Shown here in pieces: positions 17,601 to 26,344 of a stretch of 38,390 nt of DNA; the first letter of the stretch is position 1, and every line of letters starts with the position of its first letter. Position numbers and translations under genes: made by a program. The stretch is from Bacteroidia bacterium (GTDB taxonomy: Bacteria > Bacteroidota > Bacteroidia > Flavobacteriales > Flavobacteriaceae). Location of the stretch: the NCBI GenBank assembly GCA_030425715.1, contig JAUIAA010000001.1, positions 1-38,390 of the forward strand, read 5' to 3'. The notes below the pieces were generated by a model that had not been told where the DNA came from, did no database searches, and saw only the letters and a list, made by a program, of their open reading frames with translations.

Positions 17601-19073
17601 TGGCTGAAATTGAGATTGATAACCGTGATTAGAAAAATTTCCAGCAGAGCTAAAATAAATATTCCCTGGCTTACTCGTAAATTCATTAATCGCCTTTGAA
17701 ATTCTTCCTTCACCATAAAATGGTTCGGTAATAAAAGTTAAATCATCTACTATAATTTTGCAACCCGCTTGTTCAAGGGCTTGCAAACCAAGTTCAAAAA
17801 CTCTTGGAGATTGTGAACCTGTATGAAAGGCTAATTCAGCACCTGGTGCTACATCATGAACTATTTGTAGCATAGCTCTACCTTCATCTGAAGCTGTGGC
17901 TGGGTAATCTTGTAATACTTGTACAGGTACTTCAAAACCATTAGGGTTACCTATACCTGGTAAATCTCCATTTTGCACATCAACGGTTGCTTTAGAAATT
18001 CCTGTAAATGGCTCGGTATCATAGCTGTCAGAAATTACACCTAATTTAACACCTGTACCATCAACTGGTACCAACTTTCCATCTTTAACCATTTTAAATG
18101 ATTCTCTAATTTTATCTGACTTTTGTGCTGCATCACCTTGAGAAGTTACAATTCCAATGTTTCTACGTGTTGGATGAAGTGTTCTTGCAAAATTAACAAT
18201 TGAAACATCTTCATTTAGTTCCATTAATTGATCGATAGGGAAATAGATATCTACTGTGGTTAAATTTTGAGAAATTATGGTAGATGGATTTACCAAAAAA
18301 TCACTTAATAAAGGATTGTTGTTAAAATGCAAATCGTATTTAGTGGTCAACAAATTGATTAGCGCTTGCATATTTCCCTCAGTAGGTACAATTTCTATTA
18401 GAACTTTTTGTGCTTCATTAATTTGGTAGATTAAATTGGATGGCTCATCTCCAGCGTTATCCTCTTCTAATGCTTTTAAATCTAAACCAATTTTACTATC
18501 TATATTCTCTTTACCCGTTTCTTGTCCGTGTACCGGAAAAATAAAACCTTCTTCTTCATCCGTACAATGAGATGAATTTGCACTTGCAATTATTACATGT
18601 ATTTTTCCATTAGGATGTATAACGGTCCATTCCACTACTTCTTTTGCTTTAAAAACTATAGAAAAAGCATTTTTCATGTTACCTGGCTTAAATTTACGTA
18701 AGCCTTTTAATTTCTTGGAAGCATTAGAATGGTTCTTTTTATTAGGTCTATTATTTTGACCTTTATATTTATTGTTATCTGCCTTTTTAATTTTAACATA
18801 GCTATCTCCTTCTTTACAGACCACAGCTTTATTAGTTGGGTTGTCATATTCAAAGTTGGCTTTATACAATCCATTACCAATGTATTGTGTACATACACGT
18901 ATCACTATATCCTTTTTGTCTTTTTTATGATTTTTATTTCCTTTTTTTTGTGCATAACTTATGGATGTTAAAAAAAATAAAAGGAAAAGAAAGATAAAAT
19001 GTTTGATCTGGAATTGGGGTTTGGTTGAAGAATCAACAAACGTTGATTTTGATTGAGTACAGTTTCTTTTCAT
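14628..19073 (-). CDS. Large T9SS-secreted subtilase-like (S8/S53-like) peptidase with IPT/TIG-like and MBG-like domains
   Basis: GVISDS, DEGRAM..IVHDVAPGA, SSAGN and FYGTSAAAPH; C-terminal VYPNP...GMYFVRI...FNIIKE T9SS type A sorting domain. Confidence 0.88.
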   Translation of the reverse strand: MKRNCTQSKSTFVDSSTKPQFQIKHFIFLFLLFFLTSISYAQKKGNKNHKKDKKDIVIRVCTQYIGNGLYKANFEYDNPTNKAVVCKEGDSYVKIKKADNNKYKGQNNRPNKKNHSNASKKLKGLRKFKPGNMKNAFSIVFKAKEVVEWTVIHPNGKIHVIIASANSSHCTDEEEGFIFPVHGQETGKENIDSKIGLDLKALEEDNAGDEPSNLIYQINEAQKVLIEIVPTEGNMQALINLLTTKYDLHFNNNPLLSDFLVNPSTIISQNLTTVDIYFPIDQLMELNEDVSIVNFARTLHPTRRNIGIVTSQGDAAQKSDKIRESFKMVKDGKLVPVDGTGVKLGVISDSYDTEPFTGISKATVDVQNGDLPGIGNPNGFEVPVQVLQDYPATASDEGRAMLQIVHDVAPGAELAFHTGSQSPRVFELGLQALEQAGCKIIVDDLTFITEPFYGEGRISKAINEFTSKPGNIYFSSAGNFSNHGYQSQFQPGSDDLAANFLDPSIVQTPHVFGTNPDGSEDQLQKIHLLEGTYMIVMQWDEGSASQENSSGATTDLDIYLVDDAGNLVVGNNRFNEAGDPTEVIVFEAKGEGDTNIFINSVGSTPPTGLSFRYIVYQSNGLELVEYNQGAPTISGHAMTPAANIIGAVDYRNANNPEIESFSSYGGILTNQTELEIDFTAPDGGNINMPSFGADSPADEDNFTNFYGTSAAAPHAAGAVVLLMSALPNWYPSGLPNEVPNKTNLQADKVLQIFKQTAVPFGNAATAGAGFIDTENAFKSIAAQSPKIITLIIEDGKTPSAEPFNLTIVGEHFTEESVVLFDGEEVEIISRTDTEIVAKIETFTGNPDLEVNALPKSESGLDGKGDPVKILEDGKIAFNIKANDLSIEFGQDIQYEATVEGLPEGETLASLGLPEVKFTSPAFLPFPDVNNYNITPYFDEELTEEQLALYQINFKNGILTVSQKDLEIQPKNTTYEYGEPIEIELDYNYDQTNISNNEAFLSAIMSAHQSDYYPENTLVFANKFKAVVNEYNILELLNNGSWIASERTIQNKFRAVVNGMQLIDLDEEHFTDYIDASQDVTTNKFRAVVNKFRAVVNSADLFSNNVELSLENKFKAVVNTSGLGDEDDQKDYSKVFAIVDAEDVSTDTEERTIDKLYALNLITGIDATSTLEEQHHIFPGGALAPIFENFNTTYVSGKLQISKANLHTKTNDLVINQGEAIDITSMSCTFTGFKYTDNSALVFPDGVDYYFENAEGEEYKNGDIGVFDIKIRAPKNYHIVYDDMGKLFVNPCDASIRKVRVYLDCVNYDANAADGLNYTANFRYKNQNPYTIYVLEGIDNNLSSSGSYSGNVPTAFLPGEGVFQVRFDGTKLIWKLSTFNITHKYTLTAEASIKSRMCDSELDNVFTVYPNPVQNTLYMEQNILKSAEVEIFNLYGITYANLIFNNSVLQTQEINMQNFPEGMYFVRITTENETKVFNIIKE
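15720..16013 (-). repeat. Five copies of coding motif NKF(K/R)AVVN, including a perfect 21-bp tandem duplication
   Basis: Copies at 15720-15743, 15786-15830 (two; ATTTACAACTGCTCTAAATTT x2), 15903-15926 and 15990-16013. Confidence 0.92.
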
Positions 19074-19403
19074 AATTGAGGGGGTTAGAAAAATTAACTA
19101 GAACTTTTAAAAGTAGTGTAACTATATTACTATCACATTACTACCTTTTGAATATTCTAAAAATTCAATCAGCTAAAGTGTACAACTTATGCGTTTTAAA
19201 CAACCTGTTTAGGATGAGTGCTGCTATTTACTGTCCGAGTGGCATGTTTTATTTATCAAGAAATTTACATCTAAAAAATATTTTTTTAGTGCATGTTTAA
19301 TGGAGGAGGTAAAACATTATCTTTTATTTAAATAATTGTTCTGTAGTATCTTACTATAAGGGTGATTGCACTATTTATCATTGAAAAATAAATAGAATAA
19401 TAA

Positions 19404-20612
19404 CTAAACCAATACCTTATCAAAATCTTTCCAAAAACTAGTAAAAGATTTGGTTACCACATTTGCATCTTCAATTTCCAAAGGTACTTTTAATGCTAAA
19501 GGTGCAAATGCCATGGCCATTCTATGGTCGTCATAGGTAGCAATGGAAATGTTTTTATTGATGGTACTAGATGCTTTTAAATGCAAACTTTTATCGGTAA
19601 CCGAAATGTCGGCTCCTAGTTTTGACAATTCATTTTCTAAGGCAACTAATCGATCTGTTTCTTTAATTTTTAAAGTGTGCAAACCTGTTAAATCACATGC
19701 AATTCCTAAGCCAAAACAGGTAACGGCAATAGTTTGTGCTAAATCTGGCGAATTTATTAAATCTATTTGCAATGGCAATATAGAAGCTTCGGTCTGTTTT
19801 TCTAATTCAATAGAATGTTCCTTAAAAGTAGTAGGTACCCCAAAGTGTTTATAGATTTCAACTAAAGCAATATCACCTTGTAAACTATCTTTTTTATAAG
19901 ACGTTAATTCAATATTACCTGATTTACCAAGAGCCACCAAGCTATAAAAATAAGAGGCAGAACTCCAATCCGATTCTACAATTACAGTTTTATTTTCTAT
20001 GTGTTTTTTTGACTGAATGGTTATTTTATTTCCCTCCCAATGGGTTTGTACATCTAATTGTTGTAACAAAGCCAAGGTCATTTTTATATAAGGAATTGAG
20101 GTAATATCTCCCAGTAACTCTAACTCCAAACCATTTTGTAAACTAGGAGCGATGAGCAACAACGCAGAGATGTATTGGCTACTTACATTGCCTTGAATTT
20201 GTACTTTTTGTTGGGTTATTTTCTTTCCTTTTATCCTTAATGGAGGATAACCTTCCTTATCTTCATAAGTTATATCTGCACCTAAAGATTGTAACGCATC
20301 TACCAAAATTTTTATCGGGCGATTTTGCATTCTATGCGATCCTGTTAACACAACTTCTCTGTTTTCGGCTACAGCGAAATAAGCAGTTAAAAATCGCATT
20401 GCAGTACCAGCATGACCAATATCAACTACTTCTTTATCAGAATTTAATGCTTCCTGTAAATGCTGTGTGTCATCAGAATTTGATAAATTTTCTAGTTTTA
20501 AATTAGGATAAAACTGTTGTAAAATTAGCAGTCTATTCGATTCACTTTTCGAGCCAGCAACTGCAACCATTCCGTTTAGTACAGAACTGGTATAGTCAAT
20601 TAATTTATTCAA
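19404..20612 (-). CDS. aroA: 3-phosphoshikimate 1-carboxyvinyltransferase (EPSP synthase)
   Basis: GSKSESNR, AGTAMRF, SSQYIS, KETDR and DHRMAMAF. Confidence 0.97.
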   Translation of the reverse strand: MNKLIDYTSSVLNGMVAVAGSKSESNRLLILQQFYPNLKLENLSNSDDTQHLQEALNSDKEVVDIGHAGTAMRFLTAYFAVAENREVVLTGSHRMQNRPIKILVDALQSLGADITYEDKEGYPPLRIKGKKITQQKVQIQGNVSSQYISALLLIAPSLQNGLELELLGDITSIPYIKMTLALLQQLDVQTHWEGNKITIQSKKHIENKTVIVESDWSSASYFYSLVALGKSGNIELTSYKKDSLQGDIALVEIYKHFGVPTTFKEHSIELEKQTEASILPLQIDLINSPDLAQTIAVTCFGLGIACDLTGLHTLKIKETDRLVALENELSKLGADISVTDKSLHLKASSTINKNISIATYDDHRMAMAFAPLALKVPLEIEDANVVTKSFTSFWKDFDKVLV

Positions 20613-20851
20613 TTTTTCGTAGATTTTTTTAGTTTGCGTTTATAAATAATTGCAATAATAACTCCATAAATTATTGCTGCGACTACCTTTTTTAGTATAT
20701 ATTTTGGGTCGGAAAAACTTGCCAAAGCTGTTTTTGCATCCACTTTAATAGATATAAATACGAACTCCAATAAAAAAACAACCACTAAAAAAATGATACA
20801 AGAAACTGCTATCATTTTAGTAAAAGACATATTCTCAAATTTCTGTTTCAA
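20609..20851 (-). CDS. Small two-TM hypothetical protein
   Basis: 80 aa; sits between mazG-like gene and aroA with a 4-bp overlap. Confidence 0.65.
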   Translation of the reverse strand: MKQKFENMSFTKMIAVSCIIFLVVVFLLEFVFISIKVDAKTALASFSDPKYILKKVVAAIIYGVIIAIIYKRKLKKSTKN

Positions 20852-20852
20852 T

Positions 20853-21179
20853 CTATTTCAATTTTTTGTTGTTATGATGTCTGTCGTGATCTCGTTTGGT
20901 TTTTAAATCCAATTTTTTATCAAATGCCTTTTGTAAATCTATACCCGTTTGATTCGCTAAACACAGCACCACAAACATAACATCTGCCAATTCTTCACCA
21001 AGGTCTTTGTGCTTATCGCTTTCTTTTTCACTCTGCTCACCATATCTGCGGGCAATAATTCGAGCTACTTCGCCAACTTCTTCGGTAAGCTGCGCCATAT
21101 TGGTAAGCTCATTAAAATATCTAACCCCATGATTTTTGATCCAATCGTCTACTGCCAATTGTGCATTTTTAATATCCAT
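20853..21179 (-). CDS. MazG-like nucleotide pyrophosphohydrolase (YpjD family)
   Basis: LTEEVGEVAR and EELADV motifs. Confidence 0.92.
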   Translation of the reverse strand: MDIKNAQLAVDDWIKNHGVRYFNELTNMAQLTEEVGEVARIIARRYGEQSEKESDKHKDLGEELADVMFVVLCLANQTGIDLQKAFDKKLDLKTKRDHDRHHNNKKLK

Positions 21180-21196
21180 ACACTTTAATTTAGGCC

Positions 21197-21204
21197 CAAA
21201 TTTA
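21197..21204 (-). promoter_or_regulatory. Bacteroidota -7 promoter element
   Basis: TAAATTTG (TAnnTTTG) on the minus strand 17 bp upstream of the mazG-like start. Confidence 0.5.
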
Positions 21205-21269
21205 AATAATTATAATTAATGAAAATTATATATCATTCAAATCATTAAAAATATTGAAATCTCAATAAA

Positions 21270-22613
21270 TCAATCAGATAATCCGATTAGTCTTCTAGCT
21301 TCGGTTGGTGTAGCAATAGGTCTATAAATTTCTTCAGATATTCTTTTCAATCGTTTTATAAGATCCTCATTAGTAGCCAATTGTTTCTTTTTATAATCAT
21401 AGTAAATATTATCTTCAAGCCCAACTCTTACATTTCCACCCATAACAATAGCTGCAACATTAATTGGCAATTGAAATTGTCCGATACCCGCTGCTGCCCA
21501 AGTAGAATTTTCAGGGAGTTTTGACACCAAATAATCTAAATCTTTCATGCTAGCGGGAATGCTATTTAAGCTCCCAAATAAAAGGTTAAAATATTTTTTT
21601 CCCTTTAAAATACCTTTCGTTTCTAAAACCTTAGCAAGGTTTACCATTCCTGAATCAAACACTTCTAATTCTGGAATTATATTTTTTTCTTGCATTATGC
21701 TTGCAAGTTTTGATACTATATCTATCGAATTAATACTTGGGCCTGTTGGAAAATTTAAGGACCCTAGCGTAAGGCTGGCCATATCTGGTTTTCCTTTTCC
21801 AGTGATATAGAGTGCCTCCGATCTTCTCTCTAATTCAGGCCAGTCTCTACCTGAGGTTGAGATACAACATATCAAATCGGGTCTTTCATTTTTAATCAAA
21901 AGGATTATTTTTTCATAAACCTCTGCTTTCCAAGTTGGCGTACCATCTGTATTTCGCGCATGTAAATGAACTATTCGAGCTCCTTGATCATAAGCATTTA
22001 TTGCTTGTTCGGATATTTCCTCTGGAGAAATAGGAACGTATTTAGTCATCTCTTTCGTAGGTATCATACCCGTTAGACATGCATTAATTAATAAAGGTGG
22101 ATACGGATTTAAAGGATGGGGTTGGCCTTTTTTACTTGATACATTTTTTAAACTATTTGTTTTTCTTTTTATGTATTCTTCTAGATTCATTTCAAGAGTT
22201 GTCCAAGCAAGAATGGAATCATCTCCAAATGAAGCTACTTTTTTTATACTTCCTATTTCATAGTATCCGTAATTTTTTTTATACCACTTAATTGTTTCTG
22301 GGCGGTCTGCATTGGTTATTACTTTTTTAATTCCTAACCCATACATTGCTTCTAATCTAGCATCTTGCAAAAGTCTTCCTACACCTTTTCCTTTGTTTCC
22401 TGGTAAAACTCCTAAAAGTGTTGTTTTACCTACTGTGCTAGAAATTAGTTTATATCCTGAAGCTCCAATAATTTTATTTTCTTCAGTTGCCACAAAAAAG
22501 CAATTTAAATCCAATTCTTCCATCTCCTTAGATGGAACGTGATGCATATTCCAATGCTTCATTACAGATAATATCTCTTTTCTCTCGCTTTGATGTGCTT
22601 TTCTTATTTTCAT
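21270..22613 (-). CDS. GNAT acetyltransferase / beta-keto acid cleavage enzyme (BKACE, DUF849, Kce-like) fusion
   Basis: N-terminal GNAT motif A (V.PGNKGKGVGR.L); C-terminal INACLTG, VHLHAR, PELEVFDSGM and VRVGLEDN. Confidence 0.88.
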   Translation of the reverse strand: MKIRKAHQSERKEILSVMKHWNMHHVPSKEMEELDLNCFFVATEENKIIGASGYKLISSTVGKTTLLGVLPGNKGKGVGRLLQDARLEAMYGLGIKKVITNADRPETIKWYKKNYGYYEIGSIKKVASFGDDSILAWTTLEMNLEEYIKRKTNSLKNVSSKKGQPHPLNPYPPLLINACLTGMIPTKEMTKYVPISPEEISEQAINAYDQGARIVHLHARNTDGTPTWKAEVYEKIILLIKNERPDLICCISTSGRDWPELERRSEALYITGKGKPDMASLTLGSLNFPTGPSINSIDIVSKLASIMQEKNIIPELEVFDSGMVNLAKVLETKGILKGKKYFNLLFGSLNSIPASMKDLDYLVSKLPENSTWAAAGIGQFQLPINVAAIVMGGNVRVGLEDNIYYDYKKKQLATNEDLIKRLKRISEEIYRPIATPTEARRLIGLSD

Positions 22614-22715
22614 ATTAAAAAAATTGTCATGTTTACTAAGAACGGATAAGCAATGTAAATATTTCTCAAATCAAAAAATAATACATTTAATTCTCATTTA
22701 CGCGATTGAGGTTAT

Positions 22716-23354
22716 TTATTTCTTCTTGAGTAAACCTACAAAATCATTTCTAGGTATTTCCCTAGCACCTAAACTTGCCAAATGGTCATTATATATTTGG
22801 CAATCGATTAACGTATACGATTGTTCTTGCAATTTTTTACTTAGCTGAATTAATCCATATTTAGAAGCATTACTCACTTTACTAAACATGCTTTCACCAC
22901 AAAAAACATTTCCTAGATCTACTCCGTAAAGCCCTCCAACCAACACATCTTCTTGCCAAACCTCTACAGATTTTGCCCAACCAATTTTATTTAATTTTAA
23001 ATAGGCCTGCTTCATTTCATCTGTAATCCAAGTGCCTAAACCATCTTTTCTATTGATAGATTTGCAATTGCTAATAACCGCTTCAAAGTTTTGATTGTAA
23101 GTAATATGAAATGCATTTTTTTTAAGCAGCGATTGCATACTTTTTGAAACTTTAATTTCTTTAGGAAAAAGTACCATTCTATTTTCTGGACTATACCATA
23201 AAATTGGATCTCCTTCACTATACCAAGGAAAAATACCACTTTGGTATGCCAATTGTAATCGTTCAACTGACAAATCTCCTCCTATAGCCAACAATCCATT
23301 TTTATCAGCATACTGAACCGGTGGAAACTCTATTTTATCGGTCAACCAAATCAT
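22716..23354 (-). CDS. aat: Leucyl/phenylalanyl-tRNA--protein transferase
   Basis: GLLAIGGDL, GIFPW, LVGGLYG, GESMFS and IDCQ. Confidence 0.95.
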   Translation of the reverse strand: MIWLTDKIEFPPVQYADKNGLLAIGGDLSVERLQLAYQSGIFPWYSEGDPILWYSPENRMVLFPKEIKVSKSMQSLLKKNAFHITYNQNFEAVISNCKSINRKDGLGTWITDEMKQAYLKLNKIGWAKSVEVWQEDVLVGGLYGVDLGNVFCGESMFSKVSNASKYGLIQLSKKLQEQSYTLIDCQIYNDHLASLGAREIPRNDFVGLLKKK

Positions 23355-23370
23355 TGCTTAAAATTAGTGC

Positions 23371-23396
23371 AAAAAAAATCCCTTAAAAAAGGGATT
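23371..23396 (-). terminator. Intrinsic terminator after DUF3127 gene
   Basis: Stem AATCCCTT/AAGGGATT with 4-nt loop, followed by a T run on the minus strand. Confidence 0.65.
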
Positions 23397-23405
23397 AGAA
23401 TTTAT

Positions 23406-23768
23406 TTAAAACGGTAAGTCATCCGGTTCTGCATCCGATATATTGCTTGAAGTTTCAAACGATTCCATTGGTGCAGGCGCACTGCCTTCTGCTACCATTT
23501 TTTCAATTCTCCAACCTTGTATAGAATTAAAGTATTTGGTTTCCCCTTGAGGGTTTACCCATTCTCTACCACGTAAATTTATATTTACCTGTACCGCATC
23601 TCCTTCATTAAAATTATTCAATAAATCGCATTTATCCTGAATAAATTCAATCATCAACATTTGTGGATATTGTTCTTCTGTAGTCAATACCATCTCTCTT
23701 TTTCTAAATCCGTTCGACCCAAAAGTTTTGGTCTCGTCTATTTTTTTGATTTTTCCCGTTACTTCCAT
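23406..23768 (-). CDS. DUF3127 protein (SSB-like OB fold)
   Basis: GFRKRE, EQYPQ, LRGREW; acidic tail DDLPF. Confidence 0.9.
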   Translation of the reverse strand: MEVTGKIKKIDETKTFGSNGFRKREMVLTTEEQYPQMLMIEFIQDKCDLLNNFNEGDAVQVNINLRGREWVNPQGETKYFNSIQGWRIEKMVAEGSAPAPMESFETSSNISDAEPDDLPF

Positions 23769-23798
23769 TATAATAATTACTTAGTTCAATATTAATAT

Positions 23799-24659
23799 TT
23801 AGCTGCTCAAAAGCACTTTCCATGCGCTTTTTACATCGTTTTTTTGCAAAAACTCTTGTGCAAATTTATGTTTTTCATTTGTTTTTAACGATAAATATTG
23901 GGGATTGTCTTTTATAAACTTATCAACAACCATTGGTTTTGGAAGTGCCTCTACATTTGCCAACATACCTAAATCATTACCCGTTAAAACAGTACTACTT
24001 CTAATCTTTTTTGGCAACGCATCCACACCAATTCCTTTGGATTGCAAAGGTTTTGGAATTTCAAAAAAAGTTGTTTTTGCTCTGCTATAAAAACTACCTC
24101 CAGCTCTTGCTACCAAATCTAACTTTCGTTGATCGATTGCCTTATTTTCATCTAAAACAGCAGTATCAATATGCATACGCAAAACTTCACAAATAATTAA
24201 GTTTCCTGCACCTCCTGCTTTACCTAATTCAATGATTTGATTTACTTTACACTCCATTTGCACAGGAGATTCAGCAACACGAAAAGGTTTTACAACTTCA
24301 GATGGCAACATGGTAAACCCTGCTTTTTCAAATTCATTCACTCCTTTACCATACTCTGTACTGGCCAAGGAAACTTGGTGTACCATGTTGTAATTCACCA
24401 CATTTATAACCACTTCTTTCGTGTCTTTTACATTTTCAAAGGTATGTTTGGTAGTATTGCCTCGCACTCGCCTTGCTGGAGAAAATATCAATATTGGCGG
24501 ATTTGCACTAAAAACATTAAAAAAACTAAATGGTGAAAGGTTAGGGTTTCCCTCTTTGTCCATTGTACTTGCAAAGGCAATTGGTCTTGGTGCTACTGCA
24601 GAAAGCAAATAACTATGTAAAGCTCCTACAGGTGTATTCTCTGGGTGAATTGTTAACAA
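23799..24659 (-). CDS. Flavin reductase family protein (DIM6/NTAB)
   Basis: VAPRPIAFAST, NLSPFSFFN and ESPVQMEC; -7 box TATTTTTG at 24677-24684 on the minus strand. Confidence 0.9.
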   Translation of the reverse strand: MLTIHPENTPVGALHSYLLSAVAPRPIAFASTMDKEGNPNLSPFSFFNVFSANPPILIFSPARRVRGNTTKHTFENVKDTKEVVINVVNYNMVHQVSLASTEYGKGVNEFEKAGFTMLPSEVVKPFRVAESPVQMECKVNQIIELGKAGGAGNLIICEVLRMHIDTAVLDENKAIDQRKLDLVARAGGSFYSRAKTTFFEIPKPLQSKGIGVDALPKKIRSSTVLTGNDLGMLANVEALPKPMVVDKFIKDNPQYLSLKTNEKHKFAQEFLQKNDVKSAWKVLLSS

Positions 24660-24759
24660 TTTGCTGTATTTTTTAACAAAAATAGCTATTATTTATTTTA
24701 TATATAATAAGGTTGGTATTTTTAAGTTATAAGTCAAGAATATTTTATATTTGCTCTTC

Positions 24760-25950
24760 ATGAACAACCTCCCTACTAGCAAAATTCTTATCAAATGGGC
24801 GCTAATTTTAGCTTCTTTTTTAATTGTTACGCTAATTTTATGGAACACCAACCAGTTTTTCAAAAAATTTAAATACGAAGAGCGTATCAAGATGGAAGTC
24901 TTGGCAACTGCCTATCAAAATTTTAACAATGCCGATTTAGATATTGATGTTTCTTTAGAAGAAAAAATAATCCAAAGCAATAGCTCCATTCCCATGATCA
25001 TCACTATGGAAAATGGAGACATTGAACGCTGGGCCAATTTAGATGTAGTAAATGCTAAAAAATTTACTGCATTAACCCCTGATGATCGGGTTTATTTAAG
25101 TAGACAGTTAAAAATTATGAAGGAAGAAAACGAGCCTTTAGTGGTTCATTTTCAATCTGGCAATGTAGATATTACTCAAAATATCTATTATCGAGATTCT
25201 GATTTACTCAATAAATTACGATTCTATCCACTAGGGTTATTGCTCATATTAATACTATTTGGAACCATTATTTATCTCGTATTCTCTTCCAATAAAATTG
25301 CCGAACAAAACAAATTATGGGCAGGAATGGCAAAAGAAACAGCTCACCAAATTGGTACACCTTTATCTTCCTTATTGGGCTGGGTTGCGCTTTTGCGGAT
25401 GGAAAATACTAGTGAAGACATTGTAAAAGAAATAGAAAAAGATGTTTCTCGATTAAATATTATTGCCGATAGGTTTTCAAAAATTGGTTCTATTCCAAAA
25501 TTGACCAAACACGATATTGTTGCAGAAACAGACAAAGCATTTGATTACATAAAATCGAGAAGTTTTAAACAAATTGAATTTGATTTTATTACCGAAAATA
25601 ATGAACCCATTTTTGTAGATTTAAATTTACAACTGTATAGCTGGGTGATAGAAAATTTGGTGAAAAATGCAATTGATGCGATGGCCGGAAAAGGAGAATT
25701 GTCTATTAGTGTTTCTAGAGTAAATTCTACCGCAGTTGTATTGGTTACAGATTCTGGTAAAGGCATGCACAAAAGGATGTTTAAAAAAATATTTGAACCT
25801 GGATTTACCACAAAAAAACGTGGTTGGGGTCTCGGATTGTCTTTAACACACCGTATTATAAACGATTACCACAAGGGTAAAATCTACGTAAAAAAGTCTG
25901 AAATTGGTAAGGGCACTACTTTTGCCATTGAGTTGAAGGTCGTAGACTAA
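24760..25950 (+). CDS. Sensor histidine kinase (no adjacent response regulator)
   Basis: Two TMs; H-box ETAHQIGTPLS, N-box ENLVKNAIDA, DSGKG, GFTTK..GWGLGL. ATG 24760 preferred because TATATTTG -7 box at 24746-24753 overlaps TTG 24751. Confidence 0.93.
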   Translation: MNNLPTSKILIKWALILASFLIVTLILWNTNQFFKKFKYEERIKMEVLATAYQNFNNADLDIDVSLEEKIIQSNSSIPMIITMENGDIERWANLDVVNAKKFTALTPDDRVYLSRQLKIMKEENEPLVVHFQSGNVDITQNIYYRDSDLLNKLRFYPLGLLLILILFGTIIYLVFSSNKIAEQNKLWAGMAKETAHQIGTPLSSLLGWVALLRMENTSEDIVKEIEKDVSRLNIIADRFSKIGSIPKLTKHDIVAETDKAFDYIKSRSFKQIEFDFITENNEPIFVDLNLQLYSWVIENLVKNAIDAMAGKGELSISVSRVNSTAVVLVTDSGKGMHKRMFKKIFEPGFTTKKRGWGLGLSLTHRIINDYHKGKIYVKKSEIGKGTTFAIELKVVD

Positions 25951-26339
25951 ACGAAATTTCTAGCAATTTCTTTGGCAATATTGTCAAACTCTTCTGCGGT
26001 TAATTTTTCTTTTTTAGAAAAAGTGGCATCTGCCATGTTATGCAAAGGTATCAAATGTACATGCACATGTGGTACTTCTAAACCAATTACACTCATACCA
26101 ACACGTTCACATGGTACGGCTTTTTCTATAGCTTTAGCCACTCTATATGCAAATTGCATTAACAAGGTGTATTCGGTTTGATCCAAATCAAAAATTTTAT
26201 CTTCTTCTTTTTTAGGCACGACCAAAGTATGCCCTTTCGCATTTGGATGGATATCTAGAAATGCATAAAATTCATCATTCTCTGCAACCTTATAACTTGG
26301 AATTTTCCCTGCTATGATTTTTGTAAAAATAGAGCTCAT
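25947..26339 (-). CDS. HIT family protein
   Basis: SIFTKII, GHTLVVPK and HVHVHLIP. Confidence 0.95.
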   Translation of the reverse strand: MSSIFTKIIAGKIPSYKVAENDEFYAFLDIHPNAKGHTLVVPKKEEDKIFDLDQTEYTLLMQFAYRVAKAIEKAVPCERVGMSVIGLEVPHVHVHLIPLHNMADATFSKKEKLTAEEFDNIAKEIARNFV

Positions 26340-26344
26340 TGTGC

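Noticed and set aside
19076-19300. 74-aa ORF and GAGTG direct repeats (19216, 19237) upstream of the protease
   Set aside because: The ORF has no protein-like features and occupies the likely promoter region; the 5-bp repeat is too short to support a binding site.
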